A stretch of 61,096 nucleotides of DNA, counting the filler, from Sphacelaria rigidula (taxonomy: Eukaryota): assembly GCA_964200075.2 (NCBI GenBank). It is 5 parts of 5 records of this genome, joined end to end, with 100 filler letters (N's around TTAATTAATTAA, not from the genome) between each part and the next. Parts side by side here need not be neighbours in the genome. Positions count along the whole stretch, not along the records: positions 48,962 to 61,096 come from CAXNAA020004089.1; 4 more parts are not named here. The stretch is one strand, 5' to 3'. Positions 51,269 through 61,096 of the stretch are shown here, piece by piece (position 1 is the first letter of the stretch; each line of letters opens with the position of its first letter). A program made the position numbers and the translations under genes. The notes under the pieces were generated by a model, which worked only from the letters and a program-made list of their open reading frames with translations, made no database searches and had not been told where the DNA came from.

Positions 51269-54200
51269 TCAAGCGACAAACAAGGTCAAGTGAACTTCGA
51301 ACCATCGTTATCCGTTGTCCATACGCGGATCGATCTGTTTGGTGTTCGTCGACGCTTCAAGGAGGGCCGCGAGAATGAGCGCCTCCCCGACGAAGAGAGG
51401 GGTAACGTCGAGCGTTACCTCTATAATGTTCTCGACCGGCTCCCGTCCCTCCAGGCGGGCGACGACAATCCGCTCGCGCGGAAGGTTCATCGCGATGGAA
51501 CGTGAGTTCACGTGATTGCGATTGGTAGCAAAAGCAACGAAGAAACGACACAATTTTTATTGAGTTTGATGGACGCGCACTTCCAGAGCTGAGGGAAATG
51601 TGGAACGACCTCTTGAGACTGCCGAGGCAGGAGATGAGTTACAGATTACGCCAAAAAAAGGGACAATAGAAATAAGGTGTAGAATCGGTGCTTGTTGTTG
51701 TGTGATGTTCTGGACGTTCGTGTCGGCTGAGTGGACTGGGCTACAGCTTGTAGCACAGTCGGAGTTTGTTCTGAATTAACACAAAAGAGGTCTCTGCTGT
51801 GTGATGCATAGTAGAGAATGCACTTCTTGTATAACAGCGACAAGGTCCGCAGTGTTGAAAAAACTCAGAATCTATGAATCTACAATGCTCTAAGGCCTAT
51901 AGTTTTCTTCAGCTTTGAACCAAACGATGAAAGATTCACCCAATGCACCACTAATAGAATGCGTTAAAGCTCTCGCGTGTAAACAGCATGCTATGTCCAG
52001 TTTTCAATCTGAGAAAATCCGCAAAAAACATGAAAAACGGCCAATTTCTCATCATCGGTTCCATTATAATGCGTGAGAGGACGGCGTGCTTAGAGGACCG
52101 CATCGGAGTTTGAGCACTCCTATGGTTAGGGTTAGGGTTAGGGTTAGGGCTATTGTTGGGGTTAGGGTCAGGGGCGTGGTACCTGCAGGGACTCACCCGA
52201 TTGGTTTTGAAAAACGTCGATCCTGAGGTATTTTGAACTACAGCGCGGTCCTCTAAGCACGCGGTCCTCTCACGCAATACACCATTTCCTTGATTATCCA
52301 AGTCAAGTTGTTACGGAGTTTTGGCATTGTTACGGCATACCATTATAACTTTGTTACTATTGCGGATTCACAGGGAAATATGTCTAGCTACCTACCGTGC
52401 ATATTTTATCCACCAGAATTGCAAACCAAATGTTAGGCATAAAGCACTCGGTCATCAGGCTTCTGGAAGGCTCCGGGGGGTTTTGTTGTTGTGTTGTTGT
52501 GTTGTCGTCCCATCTATTCTGGACGCCGGTCTACACCTTTCGGTATATGTGGGCGCATCAGCCGTCAACACAGGAGCTTTTGTGTTTTATTTGTTTGTAG
52601 TAGCCCACCTTCCTTCTGCGGTGCTTGCCTTTGATATTTTATCGCGAGAGGGGTTCAGCTCTCCCTTTCCCTCGTCTACTGTTCAGTTGATTTTTGTGTA
52701 CCCACGACATAGTCGCTCTCCACCGTTGGGCATGGTGTGAGGAAAAATCCCAGATCGCTCCGAGATTTGAACCCACGACCCAGCCGTCGGAAGGTTCTCG
52801 AGGTTACCAACTGAGCCACCGGGGCGACCGATGTACTGTGTGCATATAGTAACTTTTGAAACCCAACAGTATCTAGACGTATCCATCTTCCGTGCAGTGA
52901 TGCCTATGAGCAGCTGCTGTTCTTGTTGTACAATTCTCCAGAATGTCACGTTAACGTCGACTAGTAGAGTCCACGTTTTTTTGCCGCTGCGTCGTTCTTC
53001 GTGCGCAAAATCGCAGATATATGCACAAGGAGGTTGTAGATGCCATCGACCAAGTGGTGCAATTCATCTGGGAAAGATACGCGGACGTGAAGGCCGCCTT
53101 CGATGAGTTCAGCGGAAGTCCATCTGACGACAGCGACGATGATGACGGTGGTGGTGGTGGTGGTACTTCTTTCTCTGCTTCTGCTTCTGCTGCTGCTACT
53201 GCTACTGCTACTGCTGTTGCTGCTGCTGCTGCTAATGCTGCTATTGCTGCTCCTTCTACTGCGGCTGCTGCTGCGGCTGATGCTGCTGATGCTGCTGATG
53301 CTGCTGCGGCTGCGGCTGCGGCTGCTGTTGCTGCTACTTCTGCTCCTTCTGCTGGTGGTCAAGATGACAACCGTGGCCAGGTGAGGGTGACTTACGTACA
53401 AATGTCAGTGTATACTCTCATTTCTCCCTGGAGATATTGAAGCTTCGAGAAATCAAAATCTCCTCATGGTACAACTCAAATTCCATCGCCCACGACCACC
53501 TGCGCCCCTTTCCCGCTCTCGATCAAACTGTGGCCAAACCCTCGTCGACATCGCAAACACAGCCGTCTGCGCCCTCCGCCTCTTCTGCTGGGTATGTTAA
53601 CCACCCCGACGTTATGCCACCACAGCACCAAGCATCGGCGTGGGTAGCCCCCGCTGCAGTCGCAGCAGCGGCGCCGGTAGCCCCGGGGACAGGTGCGTCC
53701 CTGCAGTCATTGTCTACCTCAGTGCCTGGTGGAGCTCCGTTGATGGGATATGTTGCTCCTGCTGCTTCTGCGGTTGCTACGCCAGCCGTCAGGGTACCAG
53801 TGGCAGCGGTGTCCCCACCCATCGCCACCACGATGGGGATGCCCACGCCCACAATGGGCGCAAGACCACCGCTGGCGATGCCGACGCCAGCTCCTTTCCT
53901 CGCGGTGAGCACAGGCGCACCGCCGGCGATGGCTGCGGCCATTCCTGCGGTAATGGGTCCAGTGTCCAACTTCACCGGGAGCTACGGCGCCCCGCAGCAT
54001 CAGCAGCGCCAGCAGAACCAGCAACAAGCCCTCACTTCGCACGCACCTCTATTCGCCAACACGAGTGGAGTAGGATCGCATTTGCCCGTGCCATCGCAGG
54101 TAATTCACGAGGTAGAACAGGCAACACGAACTAAATCCCGTTGATACACAAGACGCCGCAGTTGCTCAATCGTCGCATAGACTCTTTGGGGACGGGGGAT

Positions 54201-57200
54201 CAACGTCTGCGATTGTTGTTCATGACTCTCTGGTCGGGGAAGGAGTATCTGCGGCATCAAGGTTCGGGAAGCCTTTTGCGGCGGTCGGCGGTCCGTGGCA
54301 GTGGGCCAGGAAAGTAAAAGTCAATGCAAGAAGGGACATAGTCATTATTCATGGGCGATCCTCTACCCATGGTTCCAACCGCTTACCCATGTTTATGTTT
54401 CGCAAAAGTAGTGTTTGCTTTAACAGTGAAATCCTCGGTGTACTCAGCACCACGAGGACCTCCTGCACGCCGTGGGCACCTGCTTGGAAAAAGGCGACGA
54501 AAAGCCTGTGATGTAATGTATGCGTTGGCCATGCGCAACATGTCAGCCTGAGGTCAAGCTGAGCTGAAATCTGCGGTTTATGTACTCATAAGATATACAT
54601 CGGGTTCCGTGTAACCGTCGTTCTTACACCGCATGTGCTACGGAGGCGCATCACATTGAGAACTACCCACATGTCCGTTACTATTGAGAGTAAGCTTACA
54701 CGTTTGAGCGCAAAAAGCTGATCGTGGGTGACAATGGGATCGACGGGGAGTGATACTGTGAATAGGGTCAGAAATGCGGAATACTCCAGGTGTTTCCTTC
54801 AAAGGTCGAAATTCAATCGGCCGAAAGCTACGAACTATCAGTTGCCACCCCAAATACTGAGTTGCAAGTATCAAACGAATGGAGAAGGTGATCGCAAAAC
54901 ATAGCAGAATCAACTTGGAAACAAAAAACGTTGAAGCTGAAGCAACAACGTCTAAAAAGGCCGGGCTCTCCACCAAAGGTGAGGGGTTCGCTATATCCCG
55001 GCCGATATTGATATCCGTATAACAAACATGGGGGGCACACAAAGGCTGGGGATAAGCCAGACGCACACAAAGAATCCACGATAAACAAGATTGCTGTGGT
55101 ACCAACTTGTGACTACATGACACCATATTATACTGATTGTGGTAGATTTTGTTGGGAACATACGTGCGTGTTGGAGCAGGGTGCTGATAAGTGTCGATTA
55201 TCGAGCACCCATTCACAATTGAGCATGCAACACGTCGAATCATGGCGATAGAGGCAGAGCCATGCGGTATCGCGGTGATCTCCTGACTTTTGTCAATCCC
55301 TTATTTTCCGTTGGTGGCAGGTTCTCGACCCGTCTAGGACCCTGGCTGCCACTCCGATGGACGTGGTAAGAGTTTTGAGTTTGGTGCACTGATTTGATTT
55401 ATCCCAAATTCGCTAATCCCTGAGGGACCCAGTCGCGGTCATTATCCACAAAACAGACGAACCCAAGGTAAACGAAACGCTCGCTGAAGGAAAAGAAAAA
55501 AAGTGATGCTACGGTAGGAGTGCACAAATATTTTCTGAGCTTGGAATTATTAGGAGCCCGTTATCTCAACCAACACGACTCATGAAAATTATGTGAGAGT
55601 ACACCACGATTACTATCTCAATGTGCCGGGGATATCTTGAATTAATTTGCAAACGGGGATGTCCTGACCCATGTTCTTGAGCATCTAGAATCGCTAGGAG
55701 CCCCTGAACCAGACACAATTTCGCGCAAAAAGTGCACCCCTACCGTAGCATTGCTCAAAAAGAAGAAACAAGACGGCAAAAACAACGAACGGAGTACACG
55801 AGCAAACAAGAACAAACAAAACAAACAGAGCACAAAAACAAGCGGAAAAGAAAAGGGCAGACATGGCGAAGAGTCCAAGAAGTATGTACAGATGTATGTG
55901 ACGTAGAAAATAACGGAAAACGAAATAGAGCTAGCTACGAATGGCCGGCCCGTGCAGCATGGCTTCAGGTGAAGAAGGTCTTCCCCAAAGAAGCACATGC
56001 ACTCACGCAGAGGATAAATCAATAGACCATGACGGCGGATTGCGCCTCTGCTATTTCGGCCATATTGTTTGGGTATGAGCTCTGACTCATGAGCTCTAGG
56101 GAAGCAACGCACCAAGCCGCTACTTGCATATCGATGTGCGGAAAGAAACAGCGTACGAGAGAGAGGGAGGAAGAGAGAAAATGGAGAAGAAGGAAACTGC
56201 AGAAGTAGCGACACCCAACGACATAGTAGAGTATGTACAACATCACGGCAAGTGAATCCCGCGAGAACACAGGCGAAGGAAAAAGTGAATAGCCGATAGG
56301 ACAAGACAGGAGTCGATTAGTTTCCGTGTTAACCTAGCCTCCCTCACTCATGCCTAGTCGGGTAAAATGCGGGAAACAGTACAATAGATTACCATTCTGG
56401 ATTCCTCGCGTGCAGTTGCTGTTGACGTGTCAGTGGTGGGCGTGTTTTCAATACGCGGCTCTCGGTGCAGCAGCCTCTCTTTTGTCGAGAGGATCTCCTT
56501 TGCGTTTGTCTTCGCGTCTCTACGTCTCCTCGAACTCTTCCGCCCCTTGTCGACTCCAAGATGCCATCTCCTCATGCTCTTCGCCGCAATGACCAAGTCG
56601 TGTGCGTTTCTGACCTCAGCACCGTAGAGGAATCATCCACGTTGTGCTTTATGTTGAAAGAGTTTTCCCCGGTAGATGTTGGAATCATTGTCGTAAAGTA
56701 ATGGACAGTTTCTTCGCGTTTCTCTGGCCAGCGTGACTTCTGTGAGCGCGTTGGGGGAACCGGACTCCTGGACTAGCTTTCATGATGGTCTCATAAACAC
56801 CACGGAGCTGGACAGTCATTGTCCATTCCCGGAATTAGCTTTTATTAAGACGTTGTAACACATATCACTGAGCTAGACAGCCAACTGTTTGGCCCAATGA
56901 GATATGTGACATCTGAACAAGCGCAAGGCCGAAATCAAAATCCCGTGCTTTGTCATCGAACGGCTTCGAGCCGAACTGTGGCTAGCATGAACGGTGCCTC
57001 TTTCTCACGATCACCGCAAAAACACTCATGAACTGATGTCCATCAGTATCAGGCAGGGAGGTGTTTGATCGGCATCCTGCTACGTGGTGTAACGCGAGTA
57101 GAGGTATCGTATTTCCGGGAACATGTAGGACTAGCGATCATGGAAATACATGAATTACTGTTTAAAGAGGAAGAGGTCTCTTCCGTACTGGCGTCCGAAC

Positions 57201-57712
57201 ACAACGATACCGTCAAGCCCTGGTGGCCTAACTGGTATATTAACGACCAATTCGGGTGCATCTTGAGAGGTTTGGATCCCGACGGTAATCTTACCCCTAG
57301 TTTTACTCGTCCAAAAGGGTGAGGGCTTGGCTTACACGTTTCGACGAAGGGCAACGGGCTACGAAAGTGTCGATTCAATGTTTACCCATTTCTAGTAGGG
57401 TGAGGAAAGGGCAGATCTCTTTTGGGCCTACGTTACGGGCTCGTCCTGCTGAAACAGGGAGTGAATGGAAGCATGACCGACTATTTCAGGAATGAGCGAA
57501 TTATATTAGATCTTTTCATGTGTATGCACTCAAATTGTTCAAAACGTTCGGAGGAAAAATATACGAGAAACAAGACGCCACGGTGTGTATCGATATCTAA
57601 TACAATGATGGATCCCCGACTGGTGTGCTGACAGGACGACAACGGTGATTCTGCGGCCGCTGCGACACCGCCTACGGCCATGCACGAGAATGATCACGAC
57701 ATGTTCCGCATT
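51269..57712 (+). CDS. Multi-exon gene or pseudogene of unknown function with Ala/Pro-rich regions; exons ~51269-51501, 53017-53380, 53563-54099, 55321-55365, 57635-57712 (possibly also 58167-58373)
   Basis: Canonical junctions (AC|gtgagt, cag|A, CAG|gtgagg, CAG|gtaatt, GTG|gtaaga, ATT|gtgagt) join in one open frame; no recognised domain. Confidence 0.6.
52065..52281. mobile_element. MITE (217 bp) carrying internal TTAGGG repeats
   Basis: ~37-bp TIR (core tgcgtgagaggac.gcgtgcttagaggaccgc), CCAT on both flanks, (ggttag)n at 52124-52172. Confidence 0.75.
52481..52830 (-). mobile_element. tRNA-derived SINE family C
   Basis: On -, A box tggctcagttgg, B box ggttcaaatc, ~270-nt unrelated body and (acaac)n tail. 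Confidence 0.8.
55501..55756. mobile_element. Second Sola-like MITE (same termini as 44036-44288)
   Basis: AAAA|aagtgatgctacggtagg ... cccctaccgtagcattgctc|AAAA. Confidence 0.75.
56030..56790 (-). mobile_element. Degenerate RTE-like LINE 3' fragment
   Basis: On -, tggcatcttggagtcga.aaggggcggaagagtt.gag and agagaggctgctgc..cgagagccgc match 25545-25658. Confidence 0.7.
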
Positions 57713-59160
57713 GTGAGTAGCAAGCAGCGCATAAGTTATCTCTCTAGCTATTTTCCCGTGTACTTTGGTTCGTGCGTCAGTACGTCCTGGTTCAGTGGAG
57801 TGTGACAGTGGGGAGGGAAATTCGCGATGTCACCGATGCTTGCGTTTGAATGAACTGGTCGTGAAACAAAAGTGTTTGTTGAGTCGAATATCGAGTATAT
57901 ATACTACTCCGGAGTATTGTACATCATGTTTCTCCGCGGGTGCTATTCCGAGTGCTGCAGTGACGATGCCTGACAGCGCAGTATTCCTCCGCACTCCGAC
58001 GCACCAGCGACCAGTATTTCACGCTTCCGTTTCTCTGTGATGAACCGCATCTTCTGTTTTTTGTTCTGGAAGTTTGTGCTCTCGTCGCGGAATTTCACAG
58101 AATTTCACAATTTCTTCCACTCCGGTACCACTGACTACTCCACCTCTCTCGTTTGTTTTCTCTTAGGAAACCGGTCACTCAGGAAACCCGTCGCTCAGGG
58201 AACCCGTCACTTTAAGACGAGGGACTTCGCTAGCCGTTTGCCCCTCCCTCGTGCTAGTGACCACCACTGTTCCTCACGCTTCCTTTGTCGGAAATCAGCG
58301 CAGCCTGTTACTCCAGCACCTCTTGAAACGTCTGCTTAAAAGAGGCCTGAAAATGATGCCGATGAATCAAGAGGTGGTCGGCCGTTTCTCTGTGATACAT
58401 CCCACCTCCTGCTGTCTGTCCGCACCTCTCTCAGTGTTGGTCACACCTACCTCTCTATTTCTCCATTACTATCTAACTTGCCTCCTTTCTGTAGCATTTT
58501 GTTTTGTTGGAGCTCACCGCGTGCTGCGCCGTGGCACGAAGGTGCCCCGTACATCCGAAGGTAGTGTGCTATGGCAACCAAGTGAAAGCCAGCGTGAAAA
58601 TCCGACCTTTGCCAAGTAAAAATGATGCCGATTCCACAAATCAACACCTCCCGCGCTAAAGGTGTTTACCGGAGGCTTGTGGCCTGGCGGGGAATGCTGT
58701 GTCGAGCTCATTTATAGTGAGCTCTTCAGTACATCAGTGCCACGCTGTGGCGCGAACGTGTCCGGTATACCCGAGAGTAGTGTGTTATGACAACCACAAG
58801 TGAAAGCTAGTGTGAAAATTCGCAGTTGGATCGCCTCTGGCTATTTTTACGCCTCGAGATTTTCTGTGTCGAGCCGTACGGTTTGACTTCGTCGCGAACT
58901 GTGTTTCCCTACAGGGGTATTTCCTACAGTAGTAATGTTATGGCTATTGATTGCATATACTGGTATTTTCTCCTCAATTGGGCGGCCAAAGAGTTCCAGA
59001 GAATTTGTCGCTTCTCGGCTTTTGCGTAGTCGGGTAGGGTCGGCGGAAGCGCCCGACGCCGGACACCTTGACAACGATGTTTTCTGCACATTATTTCAGT
59101 CGCCTACCTGCTGTACCGTTGTGTATGGCTGTGTATGACCCGTGATGAGCCAACGGTTAA

Positions 59161-59443
59161 CCCATTGACGGCGAGAGTAGGCCATCTGTTGAATCGGTCA
59201 ATTTCACCTGAGAAAGTATGCTTGATTCCGATGACCGACCCTCGCAGTCAAACGGGTGACTCTTTGACCGCGAGGGTAGGTCACCTGCGCAATCGGCATC
59301 TATTTCACCGGGAGAAGGATGCGTAATCCAGATAGACTACCCGTATCGCGGTCTAAGGGTTGACCCTTTGACCGCCAAGGTAGTCCATCTGGGCCATCGA
59401 CGATTCAACAGATGACCTATGATATATGGTGGCGGTCAAAGGG
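59161..59443. mobile_element. Two abutting piggyBac-like MITEs (59161-59359, 59364-59443); another terminus at 59846
   Basis: TTAA|cccattgacggcga..tcgcggtctaaggg|TTGA|ccctttgaccgcca..tggcggtcaaaggg|TTGG; same family as 24067-24167. Confidence 0.7.
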
Positions 59444-59882
59444 TTGGATTATTTCGTATCATTAACACGGCACATGCATCAGCACAATATATCCACGCAT
59501 CTACATCTGAGCGCACCGAGCAACCCTTGGTCATTGCGCTCTGGGCGACAGCACAGAACTCGTACAGTGAAATGGAGCAAATAGGGCACATAACTACAGT
59601 ACACATGCAGTTGCAAACAGGGCAGTGGTGTACTTTGTTCAAACATCCAACTACCAGAGAACGATGTCTGTCGCGTTAAAATAAATGATGTGATCCACTA
59701 GTCGTTTTCGGCGCCACGAAGGGCAATTTATTTTTTCCAAGTACCTGGAAGCAGCTGTGATTTGGTGCCGAACACATGGAGCATACCGTTCGATATATGC
59801 ACGAGGACTTCAGCCAAAAACCAAAGCTTGAACGGAATCGCTTAACCCTCTGACCGCGAGGGTAGGTAGTTGGTCATCCGGC

Positions 59883-60289
59883 TATAATAACATGTGTGAG
59901 AGATTACGAATGGATTTTGCTTTCGGAACGGGAGGTTTTTCGTTATTTTTCACAAGGCGATCTAATCGCCCGAAACGGCCGTCACCCCCCTGAAGGCCCG
60001 CGATCTGACGGGAATTCAGCACAGTCAGATTTAAAATCGCGGTGACGTCTTCCATGAGATTCGTCTAAAATGTACATTTGTTTTTTTGCCTATCTTGGAC
60101 ACATTCTTCCTTATGACTCCGTACTGGCCAAGTCTATTTCAAATCTTTTTGCACCATAATTCCCGCCAGACCACGGGTTTTCAGGGGGTGACGGTTGTTT
60201 CGGACGATTCGACTGCCTTGACGTAAATCACGATAAACCTTTGTTCCGAGAAACAAATCCGGTCCTACTCTTAGCAACATGTTGTTCTA
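59883..60289. mobile_element. Foldback/MITE with ~120-bp degenerate inverted arms
   Basis: ccgaaacggccgtcacccccctgaa (59970) is inverted to ttcagggggtgacggttgtttcgg (60180); similarity extends outward to aacatgt. Confidence 0.6.
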
Positions 60290-61096
60290 TGTGGTTATCT
60301 TCCAAGTTAACTTGATGCTGGTTGAACGCAGAGCCGATCTGTGCTCGTGGTTAAAGGTTGAATATGGAAAACATGCAGACTACTACTGTAGATCGTTCTA
60401 CTGTTACTCGTGACAACGTCTGGCGTGAATTTCCCTCTGAAAATGGAGCGAATGTTTCGTGGAATTTCTGCATGGTGGTGGTGTTTGCTTCCGTCTCAGA
60501 TGTTTTTGACCGTTTGCGTGGATGGTGGGTGATGTTGCGAGATGTGCATCGTGTTTTGGTACCGAAGGTACGCTCGTGATACAAGAACTACTACCTGTAT
60601 CGGCATGTAGCTGATGTGCGACAAAAACGGGTCACAAAATCATCGCGCGAAAATTCAAATGAGATTTTATCAGGGGTATGAAGACAATTTCTCCAAAAAA
60701 GCCGTACGTAGTACGAATGAAATTTTGTTAGACGACTCAGCGCCAATTTCTCCCCCAGAGTACACTAGTAGTACGAGAGTAGTTCGAGGTTTTGCCGATT
60801 GTGACACGTCGAAAGGTCTTACTGTACTTCTCCGAGAGGGTTCCAGCGCCCTTTCCGATCGTTTCGTATGTCCACTATGACTTTTAGTCGGAACTTTCAG
60901 CCTTTTTGGGTTTCTTGCGAAACCGTTTTTGTAGATTGGTCGACAAACTATTCATCCGGCCAAAAGTCGAACTAGGCGCACGAAAGTTCGAAGGAGTGGG
61001 CTACAATCCTCCCAGAGAGTACAGTAGCAATTATTTATGAGGTGGCATAATCCGCCGAACCACGTATAACAGTGAATCCTAGAAAATGAGGTTGAT

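Noticed and set aside
52124..52172. True telomere or chromosome fusion site
   Set aside because: Only a few units in one orientation, enclosed by TIRs and a TSD
52755..52830. tRNA genes here and at 27588-27660
   Set aside because: A/B boxes are present but no convincing cloverleaf was seen; each is followed by a repeat body and simple-repeat tail, so they are SINE heads
52961..53401. Poly-Ser and poly-Leu ORFs
   Set aside because: Alternative frames of the (GCT)n poly-Ala exon

Overview
Intron-rich eukaryotic nuclear DNA (~50% GC, GT-AG introns). Gene architecture and repeat content suggest a stramenopile, probably a brown alga (inference). The window is five near-equal contigs (12142, 12141, 12139, 12139 and >=12135 bp) joined by 100-bp N/TTAATTAATTAA/N linkers, so adjacency across gaps is meaningless. 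Genes rebuilt by hand from phase-consistent exons: an ANKRD39-like ankyrin protein with a C-terminal 8-Cys RING-like finger, NDUFAF3, an FCP1/SCP (NIF) CTD-phosphatase, an internal part of the kinetochore gene ROD/KNTC1, two orphan multi-exon genes and one probable pseudogene. Contig 4 is almost entirely one resolvable nest of transposons. A LINE holds a chromodomain Ty3/Gypsy element. The Gypsy 3' LTR holds a young gag+protease-only Copia-type element with non-canonical TA...TA LTR ends, which in turn holds a TA-flanked MITE, and a second MITE sits in the Gypsy pol tail. Many other MITEs, SINEs and LINE relics are present. No rRNA, true tRNA gene or CRISPR array was seen. All homology calls are from memory of the families, not from database searches.
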